Below, in pieces: positions 17,801 through 23,333 of a DNA stretch of 64,000 nt. Position 1 is the first letter of the stretch. Every line of letters begins with the position of its first letter. A program made the translations under genes and the position numbers. Origin of the DNA: a virus; IMG/VR virus record IMGVR_UViG_3300037485_001872, positions 70,123 through 134,122 of that record. The stretch is one strand, 5' to 3'. Under the pieces are notes generated by a model. The model worked only from the letters and a program-made list of their open reading frames with translations. It did no database searches and was not told the DNA's origin.

Positions 17801-20788
17801 ATTATTATTAGAGGCTACCATAAATTCATTTCGAGTCATTGGGGCTTGTTTTGGAAGCACCACTAATATTTCCCTATAATTCTGTCTGGCTCCTTTTTCA
17901 GTATGTGCTCCCCACTTTACTTCTTTTTGTTCCTTAAAATACTCTGTAATTTGGTCTTTTGCTTCTGTGAGTGTTTCTGGATACAATCGCATATCCAATT
18001 TCATTCCCCCTGGTTTATAAACATGGAAATCCTTATCCCCTCTTTTTTCAATTCTCCACCCTGCATTTTTAAATTCAACAATATTTCCTATAGGAGATGT
18101 TCGTTCACTTCTTACCCAAGCTTCAGTGTCTAATTCATTACCTGATATTTTAGCATCAAGTTCTTCCAGTTTTTTATAAATATCACCAAATTCTTGTTGG
18201 TATGTAGCCTCCATTTCTTCTCCTGCCTCTCTTAGGTCTTCTCCTAATTGTGCATATCCACTTTGAGAATAACTTCCAGTCCACTCATCCATTTCCCTTC
18301 GTATTCTTGTAACTTTTTCTTGTATTGCCTCTGCCGCTGGAGATACTCTATCCCTTATTTGTTGTTGCAGAGCTGCTTTTTGCTTATTGAATTCTTCTGC
18401 TTCTTTTAGTGTTAAACTACCCTTCACAACCTCAACCACCTGTACACGATTGTCCTTTAAGAATTGTTGTATTTCGGCTTTTGTAACACTTCTATTTTGT
18501 TCTTTCAACCAGGCGTTTAACCCAACCCATTCTGCTTCTGACCCTTTTCCAAATTTATCCAACCATTGTTTTGCTGGAATTTTTTCCACCTTACTTTCAG
18601 AAATTAGTTTTTCTAATGGTGAATAAAAACCATTAACTACTTCTGCCGCAATTGGGCGTACTTCTGTCGGTACTCCTCCAATATTCATGGTGATAGTACT
18701 ACCTACAGCTTCTGCATATTTTTCATCTAAAGCATTTTGCCATTGTTGGGCTATTGGTGTTAATAATTCATTCCCTCTTTCTAAAATAGCTTGTGCTTGT
18801 TTATTTCCATCTTTTGCTGCTTCTTTTAATAGGGCTTGGTGAAGATGCGCCACCTCATGAAGCGTAGTTTCATTAGATAGTTTTTCAGGATTTAAATAAA
18901 TCTTTCCGTCAAAATACATTCCATAAACAACCCCTACTGGAGTTTTTAATTCATATGTATCAAACTTTCTATCAAAGTTTAACTTAGTTACTACAGGAAT
19001 ACCCATAGCTTCTGCTTGTGCTTTTAGCTTATTAAAAACAGACGGCTCCATCTTAGTAGCATCTAGTTGTATACTTTTAATATACACCAAAGTATTCTCA
19101 ATTCCTGCGTCTCCTCCTATTTTAAGTTCCTGTTCTCCTATAAAGGTTCCTATTTCTTCACTACCTTTTTCAATTTTAGTATTTTCTTTTAACTTTTGTA
19201 AGTCTAAATCAATTCTAACTCCTCCATCTGCAAATGTTACAGGAGACCCATCAGGTAGATACCAACGAGTAGTGGTAAGTTCTGGATGGTCAAATTGGTC
19301 AGAGGTAGTTGTAGATACTCCTGGATACTCTCCTTCATCTCCTACGATGATATTACTGTCAAGTATTGAAGCTAAATTCTTAGTTGTAGTGTAATGGTAA
19401 GTAGTGGGTGCATTAATATCTCCCTCAAGACCATATGGATTATCTTGAACATTTAATAGCTTATGAAAAGCCATTTGCTCTGTTCTAAGTGGTTTTGCAA
19501 ACTCTCCTTTTCCAGGTTCCACTTGGTCATATGTAAGTTCTTTATTTTGCCATCTATCATAAAGCTTATTTTGTTCCCTTGTAAAATTCTCATCTACAAC
19601 ATTTCTTAAATCAATTAAATCTGATGGTGATAATTTTACTCCTTGTTTTAAAGCATCAATGTATTGTCTAAAATTTTCTAAAGTGATGCGTTCTCCTCCA
19701 AAAGTTGAGGGGGCATTAAATTTTAGTTGCTCTTTAATAGTGATGGCTTTATCATCAAATACAACGTAATTGCGTTCTTTAGAAATATTATCTGTAACTC
19801 CTGTTCCTAAACTATCAGGTGGGTATTGTATTCCATCAATTCCAGCTCTTAATAAAAATTCTGAGGCAGCTTTTGCTGAACCATCAAGACCTCTAAATTG
19901 TTTTTGTAGTTCTGAATATATTTCTGCGGCTGTATATTGAGGAGAAGCTAAACCTGATGTATTAATTCCTTCTTTTTTCCCTTGTTTTGCTATCTTTGCA
20001 GCTTGTGTTGGGGTTAGTTTTTGATACCAATCTAAGAAGTCATATTGGTCTGGTGTTTTTCCTTCATGTAACGCCACTTTATAAACCACCCCAGAATTTG
20101 TTAATTTTGTCTTTATAGTTTCATTTAACAATGTTTGGGCTTCATCAATGGCTTTCTGTTGATACTCAACATCATTTCCATATTCTAATTCCTTTTGAGA
20201 GTCCTTAATAAAATCACGGATGATATTTTTTATTTCTTCTTTAACAGATGCATTTTTATTAAATTCATTTTTTAAATCTATTTCTGCTATTGTAAGCTCA
20301 TCTACAAGTCTTCTTTGAGTTTCATTTTTGGCATTTTTATATCCAACTACAACACCTTTTTCATAGATTTTCCACTTTCCAATAGAAATATCCTGAATCT
20401 CAGTGTCGGCCATTTCCTTTGCATAATTGTCTGCAATATTTTTAAGAGAAGTGAAATAAATTCCATGCCCAAATACGCTTCCACCTTGACCTTCTCCAAC
20501 TTTTGACATATCAAAATTATCGAAAGTACGACCAGTACCATGAAATGCTTCCACCTGTGCTAGATAAGCTGAATGTTCCGCAATAATACGGTTCATCTCA
20601 TTCACATCTGTAGAAATGACTTCATTCGGGGTGAACTTTTTGAAAAGGTCTTTGAAGTAGTTTATAAGTACCTCTGGAGAAGTTGATTCCGCTGTTGGTG
20701 TAGCTTGAAAACTAGGAATTTGTGCACTTAAATAGTTGTACACTTTACTAATAACACCTTTCTTGTCTCTTTTTATTATGCAAGTCAT
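5864..20788 (-). CDS. giant (4974 aa) polyvalent putative virion cargo protein: three ART-like domains, zincin peptidases, two LPD23-like units, B12-binding-like radical SAM, helical C-terminal body
   Basis: AFHGT..F..F...G.G....G.GIYFT (ART); HEVAH, HELQH, HEVSH; IPLFQI.GE.GAK...TGW....G.WKY twice; CLFNCAFC; hydrophobic segment near the C-terminus; last gene of the cargo block. Confidence 0.85.
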   Translation of the reverse strand: MTCIIKRDKKGVISKVYNYLSAQIPSFQATPTAESTSPEVLINYFKDLFKKFTPNEVISTDVNEMNRIIAEHSAYLAQVEAFHGTGRTFDNFDMSKVGEGQGGSVFGHGIYFTSLKNIADNYAKEMADTEIQDISIGKWKIYEKGVVVGYKNAKNETQRRLVDELTIAEIDLKNEFNKNASVKEEIKNIIRDFIKDSQKELEYGNDVEYQQKAIDEAQTLLNETIKTKLTNSGVVYKVALHEGKTPDQYDFLDWYQKLTPTQAAKIAKQGKKEGINTSGLASPQYTAAEIYSELQKQFRGLDGSAKAASEFLLRAGIDGIQYPPDSLGTGVTDNISKERNYVVFDDKAITIKEQLKFNAPSTFGGERITLENFRQYIDALKQGVKLSPSDLIDLRNVVDENFTREQNKLYDRWQNKELTYDQVEPGKGEFAKPLRTEQMAFHKLLNVQDNPYGLEGDINAPTTYHYTTTKNLASILDSNIIVGDEGEYPGVSTTTSDQFDHPELTTTRWYLPDGSPVTFADGGVRIDLDLQKLKENTKIEKGSEEIGTFIGEQELKIGGDAGIENTLVYIKSIQLDATKMEPSVFNKLKAQAEAMGIPVVTKLNFDRKFDTYELKTPVGVVYGMYFDGKIYLNPEKLSNETTLHEVAHLHQALLKEAAKDGNKQAQAILERGNELLTPIAQQWQNALDEKYAEAVGSTITMNIGGVPTEVRPIAAEVVNGFYSPLEKLISESKVEKIPAKQWLDKFGKGSEAEWVGLNAWLKEQNRSVTKAEIQQFLKDNRVQVVEVVKGSLTLKEAEEFNKQKAALQQQIRDRVSPAAEAIQEKVTRIRREMDEWTGSYSQSGYAQLGEDLREAGEEMEATYQQEFGDIYKKLEELDAKISGNELDTEAWVRSERTSPIGNIVEFKNAGWRIEKRGDKDFHVYKPGGMKLDMRLYPETLTEAKDQITEYFKEQKEVKWGAHTEKGARQNYREILVVLPKQAPMTRNEFMVASNNNGILFGSPERVEEEYNKYLEDIGTDISKSKNFSSAHWDEPNVLVHLRMDTRTDINGASTLFLEELQSDWGQKYNAQNITADKAALSPEQLSEIRTRWEDSQKEYAKLINLSEYLNSSATEDRIKVLSETSLATRLEMIQQRHDEKMLDFNNRKDDAHFFNHTSRQAFADTLIKAEIIAYERQLNVNSEAILNFNQNKEDYNALFDNNFNIKSKIPTAPFITSTPQWVKLAFKVALKEAVKQGVDSISWTNGEQQFERWGSEKIQWQKATERNKERNEERQTLVNDLYNKYGNGWEDKLTPEERAQYSSINDKPKYTPLEGWSINIKEQVGGTAFENTDVDNLMLSANNVVVKTKEQLAAVVDKVLSRERNEAQKQKLIDRLWNRMQTEESGVSMPRREGMNAFYGNPVKGTLGTVGEVAKSVFKQTPTTTKFEDDNALLAASYIEEKPNGNFSIWNGIAREWNNKNGKDIEYTKDEATKIVEELNSISPSIYKIDITPELQNEVKQGIPLFQIIGEKGAKGLENATAVLENLSVAQKLEELGKTPKEILLATGWEKGVEGKWKYEIADGTLKISTNGEYTLSQVLNNSELFKAYPQLKDMKVTISIDPRVRNNSWYIPETNSIEINVKEERLIFGDLIHELQHAIQFIEFFAKGGNTEIVLENLNKIFTKEQLNEIENLRVQENVLREMSYIVELLDDITEKKLNKIFKADFLIKEDLVISEELAKQIEEEWDNLPERLRIKMEIAAREDYMDVLYALDEYLNPIRDRISEFSPYNLYQKLAGEVEARNVTYRNIFTPEARRNRLLSKTEDVVREQQLILLEVLGGKHNIPLFQIVGEQGAKNLNVLNSLFNQAKELEIQGASPQQIENKTGWFKEEGQWKYFSNELLQEFNIKKGLDTSPGKEYTLDQVLENTSLFTLYPQLKNINVHFYKKSEADTANGSYSNGLIRISSREQNIGESGVGNNGGEVRNIINNIESGDLNGSKYYALTLIHEVSHAIQEIENFPRGGNSDTIFNEAKKIIGNSSNKLGEVRDAIAIYLKNNSPSVNESNILSAAQYELDYFFNTNKTDAKYLNYSLLFGEVEARLVADILNHKFAGVDLSNISYTELKKEYTDVHNIMTQFVVRNSQTQLSDLATATGMDLNNPVYARAAEESPEQHLERLVDEVRANLIGKYGAKELDNLSNDKGFLQQLKDWLSTIYEWVAKQFGLKDASSEELANMPLGEFISRSTGAILKGEYFQYLAPQEVDVYDHQDANAERLLEVSFKGEGGNVWKYKIENAGDVLRELAKYKNTFLDPSYIFEKINKIEDFLGKITSDRLSPIDSYAQVSSMNQDRLDLFRAAYEAQPVMSIAQEHARQLALAVVNGDVKAMQQEIAYFNTFRGDNVREKLQEANTYFSKETTRPNFKIEGLSSFEKNTSLTPSSTFKDTKGFPTYTEALAAHDGLNQKNIYVNQNPSKDNADKVLTIQVSSQYILDRQREGNVTEQGQIFDDYFDKVYSKVEGYDRSVDFMEVPFWIAAVNNSVGKDMDMYVMRDPEETLNFIQQAGYKKVMLSVLDANLSTAQTLVKDNPSINFMLGGYIPNLSSKFNTTNASTFDTMEDGVLEAGYDFKDGYKYDVFKGMEIIPRLKMSEGCLFNCAFCTVVKKIEKITKENIDEQVENISKLNAKYIYLDDKTFGQADNYTYLEDVYQRVKEQQPGFKGFIIQTTSATVKKIDSNPGFWQKAGIALVEIGVESNNDSVMRGMSKPNSERLNAEAVQIIRKNGMKFIPNLIIGFEKETAATYENTIKFLKDNADVISHANIYNLAVYEGTALDDMMNVTVEADRNENMLEKSFHSNPQLHAEYFKKMYKTVEDMIDANKIAPTPQVASELFSEIAANPHIQSNEDANGIFQNVFSEKFKKFFGDWTTPSTNEDIEKQLENVPVEKLHPTAKALILSTAAKMKSPSLYFKGIDGKTGVNAHPDVEGIFAATTYEMAKEYDRGSGVDFYLVDSPKVETVRVETNVPFSVARQNETTEINAAKADVVFLSTFDAAGKRETQVVIKNPKVKISGKANPLVNKGGEPKLFYRTPEGKVFTNFADALNNTNIGSIEMGFISTDDIMITTNPDVFDIATADLVVMNNQYKLENPDSFLKVAAIDSNSNPKSISGFINKYLRQGLIAPNKKQMPNGEFKLAGKGELAINSIVSAAILSDEALADLGREGMTLSNDGTFTLNQKDESVIEIPTKDGGVKQVSISDLEKGKIDADLDGVHDVLFNLSYQKSTPFKGVPISKQEQDLLKSKLLGLLNKMGISVVSITEYTAKYKVRTGTDLSVNALVDLANGVVALSDNATLQDLTEEVAHIIIEAHPNQQEIRDLLKEIENTPEWETFSGEYYQKYSELYEGEELEEAVRREILGKILLNNILEGFANTAGNPSLFQKLIAIINSFINRIQAHLNVGHRTALQEYMDMATRIALNEDSEFLDRNVLKQSSLVLYSVNNTVVNTLDVTRRRLLGELEVAKQHIQSNQRILQKLKDSGAQTLKSDIRRLNAAIAKIGTNTATLNKAFADDTLTEEVKLEALNNSLNEVDEFHAVQVIASMNEAQITNLSNKLRIYKKTPGAAFNFGDQSQYRYLTTVALPQLDRLIALFKTFPNQPNVNKDKLVAQLEQQTIEIHRIQGEAYLQENKDVEQIVDRTLMGLNLPDSSTESGVVTKENIKASFDAVQRDVNVLQKVFGQLEHAPNIFLNLLGKIVANNNMLANLATLKIINPLIAYAEKNNWNITRFKSLRESSVSNYLISVIRSQDFDNAEKKMIEDAYEANLTDEKKEEIAKAKRYPVETDLTDEGLDKFLKAKNDWYEENLERPMVAKYYQDKENLYTEAGVGNELRVFLANLASRKAEILEKYRVSGSVDYSKIEEEDQYNLSRIVSDRKARKSFFNAETGEEKTGVDLEIANQLRKLDEIVQTKMNNKVAQSLFSKNFSELRPSEVVKVQEAKKKTIKNEFFSAVRDIESTDGSQAAFKFLMANGGLNFSDAYWNAITANTTKMVDRVDAIRLNDSRITPEHSRTMKASMDELEELLNSKKEILRQFTSANSPAEIEYDLMGELTKKNIIEKEDRIQELFLDVNTILSKYEEKIEDPFSYSENTTNEAYTKALADSGKPESEFLLLHMTEENKSRVRRFTSALKNVQRGGENLKAYEDYFDRKYGVNSSDDVRSLLTNRGMEELVADYSRERVTSYFKRFAPMGYDALLINLKDGTYSTTKLLDDLEAAKATAYAPTNILHNLAISTRFEWVEEGEDLRNPDYKTDSEFGFKQPKISKWRNDEYFRRFNPDANGQATTNLEEFTMLQKLKAVTKDAHIKYEEEGRNINKIPQVRRGKYERIQNASWDAIKNSVKDVIYNREDEKDYGEQVEGQDTDIRIIPKYYLRDLDDMEDVSNDFIYSYAVLQNAANTFEQRINSIADVSVIQNKLLNSKFDKGKAPASTNVAEAYREAMDAYFYGRRLSAKSSITLQNGKEVDVSRMAVHFNNLIKKAALGFSPTIAITSALVSNIQLAIYNRVGLYINTNSSRWAGGELSKLLPEYTTEIGKVNKQNKLYKLGETFGVHEIATKTKSAGYNRILRSLNDSPYAFMEMAATPHANIVMLSVLDDFRLVGDKFLTYEEFKLRADNANIDSKALLFKWNTLRKDSLYNLLENREGIMQLSEATENAIGKEYADALLSRVQSKIISTNNTIDSKTSADDKSAASRHFMMQFFTNFKDWFTLGVQKRFKRKHLNLRQGIEEEGHYITFKHFISDLTSLAYKDGLTKAISSIKSNYRSLSKTEQANLKLIALDVAAFTILTMLGMLVMAAADDDKNKHNWAIQYLSFIYFRTTSEVGSSQAPTGFLNVIDIIKSPIMAGNTMSQLFTVKDWTSDPVTSGTWEGYPKVARLLLRNTYYKHYMDLRNADAVREKTSFYRMLNSEVLISVQKPSKLEKEKLKKEALDNNINTIDKTGGI

Positions 20789-20795
20789 ATATTTT

Positions 20796-21122
20796 TTAAC
20801 ATGTTGAACATTCTTCCTGAGTGAAGCCTGTAATTACCACTGTATTTCCCTTAATTAGGGCATTTAAATCTAAATCAATAATATTGTGTCCATCAAGACG
20901 TTTAACTTCAAACACCTTACTACGGCCTGAATGACCCATCCATTTAGCTATATAATATTGTTCTGCGGATTTTTTTAGGATGATGAAAACATCCCCCACT
21001 CCCCAAAACTCATTAATTTCAATAATTGTTTTATTGTTTTTTTGAAGAGCTGAAGCAGTTATCTTCGCTCTTTTAGCTCCATTATAAGAAGGAGAACTAC
21101 TATCAGGCCAAATCCAATCCAT
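20796..21122 (-). CDS. hypothetical protein
   Basis: 108-aa ORF between its own promoter and the giant gene. Confidence 0.65.
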   Translation of the reverse strand: MDWIWPDSSSPSYNGAKRAKITASALQKNNKTIIEINEFWGVGDVFIILKKSAEQYYIAKWMGHSGRSKVFEVKRLDGHNIIDLDLNALIKGNTVVITGFTQEECSTC

Positions 21123-21128
21123 TATATT

Positions 21129-21150
21129 TTTTACAAATATACGAAAATTT
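21129..21150 (-). promoter_or_regulatory. Bacteroidetes-type -7 promoter element
   Basis: Minus strand reads TTTCGTATATTTGTAAAA (TATATTTG at 21134-21141); same string as at 32903-32920. Confidence 0.65.
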
Positions 21151-21181
21151 TATGAAAGTTCCTAGATAATAAAAGTAAATA

Positions 21182-23329
21182 TTATCCGCAGTGGTCTATT
21201 GTTTGTTCAATATTTTGACGCTCTGTTTCTGTGTAAAGTGGTGTACTTTTAAAAGAGGAAAATGCAGAGGATTTTAATGTGGCATCTTTGGCAGAATAGT
21301 CTTCATTAACAGATACATTTTTATCAATAACGTTATATGTAGAATCATTGATACCAACTAATGGGGTGTAATGTGCTATATTAGCTGTAGTTTCTATCTT
21401 CTCATAAACCCTACCATCAAGTCTTACAAAATCATCTTGTATATTCTCTATATTAATAATAGGGCTACCTATGGTTCCAGAAAATTTTCCTTTATATTCT
21501 CTCACTAGTTTTGGGTTATTTACATAGAATGAACGTAAAAATGGTGTTGTTGGACTCGCTGCTATTTCCTTTGGCTCAAAGATGTTTTCCAGATTTTTAT
21601 TTATTATACTATAATTTTTTAAATCATTTAAATCAGAAACGGTTTTTATTTCTGCTATTGTAATGGGGTCATTATTTTTTAATACAATCTCACCATTTTC
21701 AATTTCAAATGCTTTACTTAAAATATCATTCCCCACCATTCTTTGGTAGAAGTCTGAAATAAATTCTCCTGTTAAATATGTTACATCCCCAGTAAATTCT
21801 GAATAGTTATTAAATTCTTGCTTAACATCCACTTTATTTTGGGTGCTACTAAGTGGGTGGCCAAATAAAAGTTTATATATCACCATCTCAGGGGTGATGT
21901 TATTTAAAGAGGCTTTTTCATTTAAATACCTCTTAACATCTTCTCCTGCATTTTTTGCCTTATTTGGTCTAAATGTATTTGTACCGTCATAAGCTGTTGG
22001 GTAGTATGCTACATCTGGTAGGATTGATGGGTCTTCTTCCACCATCACCATTAATTCATTAAATAACTCTTCTTGAGGTATTCTATCAATGAGTTGATAC
22101 ACATCATCTTTCACCTGTAGAAGGGAAGATATTTCAAATGTTTCTATGGCCGACTCTGTAGTTTTATTTACCACTAAAGATAGGTCTGATGTTTCTATCA
22201 CCTTTGTCTTTTCTACAGGAGAAATAGAGAAGTACTCGTCATATATTTGACTAAAATTGTCAACATCTTCACTTGTAGGGGCTACACTTAAATTGGTTGT
22301 AAATTCAACTAGGGCATTTAAAAACTCTAAGGTTTGTGGTTGTGTTTTAGACTCCTGTACTTCTACTAAGTCAGAAAGGTTTATTCCCATTAGAAGAGAC
22401 TCTTTGGAAATGTCTTCTAATATGGTGGCCACTTCCTTTGGATATGCATCCCACACTTCTGGTGATATTCTTAATAAGGTGTTAAAGTGTTTAATAATCA
22501 TAGCATTACTCATGCCTGTCTTTAAAACACTCTCCAATAGATTACGGGTACTATCCACCACTTGTTTTTCATTTATTAAATAAGGAACCTTTTGTAGCTT
22601 TGAGTATTTCTCATATAATGATTTTGCATATGTAGCATCGGAATTATACTTATCTATTATAGATTGAAATGGGAGTGTTTGCACTACATCGCTGAATTGT
22701 TCTTCAGTTACACCTATTAAATAATTTTCTAGTTCCTTTTCTACTAAATAAGGATTTAAATGAGTTGTCTTACCAATGGGTGAAACTGAGTCTGTAGTGC
22801 TTAATACTTCTAATGAAGGTGAAAATTGGATATTAGGTGTCCTATCTAATTTTTTAATGACATTATAAATCTGTTCCCGTAAAGTTGGTGTAGTGATAAT
22901 AACATCAATTTCACTATTGGTGTAAAGTTTAGATGCTATTAAGCTTTGTTTAGTGGGTTTAAAAACACCATTTGAAATAAAAGCTGTTTTAAGTAGTGTG
23001 GAAAGCTGTGATAGGGATGTGATGGGAAGTCCTAAAACACTATTCTGTACCTCCACTATTTCTTTACTAGAAAGTCCTTGTTTTGCTGAGGAATTTTGTA
23101 CATAATCTAACACTGTTTGGGCGTAATATTCCCCATTAGCATCTTTTTGTACATTATTATGAATAGTGGTAAATTCTGGGGTGTAGGAAATAGCAAAGTA
23201 TTCGAGTGCTTTTTCTTCCTCACCCAATATGCTGAGTAAGTTTTTATATAATAAGGAATCTTCTCCATTTGGGGCATCTACGGATGTTATTTTTCCATCC
23301 ACTCGCATTATCTGACAACTTATTGACAT
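21182..23329 (-). CDS. putative virion cargo protein (715 aa)
   Basis: In the cargo block; N-terminal CQI.R.DG.I..V.APNG..S.LY...DANGE motif resembles segments of the giant protein. Confidence 0.65.
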   Translation of the reverse strand: MSISCQIMRVDGKITSVDAPNGEDSLLYKNLLSILGEEEKALEYFAISYTPEFTTIHNNVQKDANGEYYAQTVLDYVQNSSAKQGLSSKEIVEVQNSVLGLPITSLSQLSTLLKTAFISNGVFKPTKQSLIASKLYTNSEIDVIITTPTLREQIYNVIKKLDRTPNIQFSPSLEVLSTTDSVSPIGKTTHLNPYLVEKELENYLIGVTEEQFSDVVQTLPFQSIIDKYNSDATYAKSLYEKYSKLQKVPYLINEKQVVDSTRNLLESVLKTGMSNAMIIKHFNTLLRISPEVWDAYPKEVATILEDISKESLLMGINLSDLVEVQESKTQPQTLEFLNALVEFTTNLSVAPTSEDVDNFSQIYDEYFSISPVEKTKVIETSDLSLVVNKTTESAIETFEISSLLQVKDDVYQLIDRIPQEELFNELMVMVEEDPSILPDVAYYPTAYDGTNTFRPNKAKNAGEDVKRYLNEKASLNNITPEMVIYKLLFGHPLSSTQNKVDVKQEFNNYSEFTGDVTYLTGEFISDFYQRMVGNDILSKAFEIENGEIVLKNNDPITIAEIKTVSDLNDLKNYSIINKNLENIFEPKEIAASPTTPFLRSFYVNNPKLVREYKGKFSGTIGSPIINIENIQDDFVRLDGRVYEKIETTANIAHYTPLVGINDSTYNVIDKNVSVNEDYSAKDATLKSSAFSSFKSTPLYTETERQNIEQTIDHCG

Positions 23330-23333
23330 ATTG

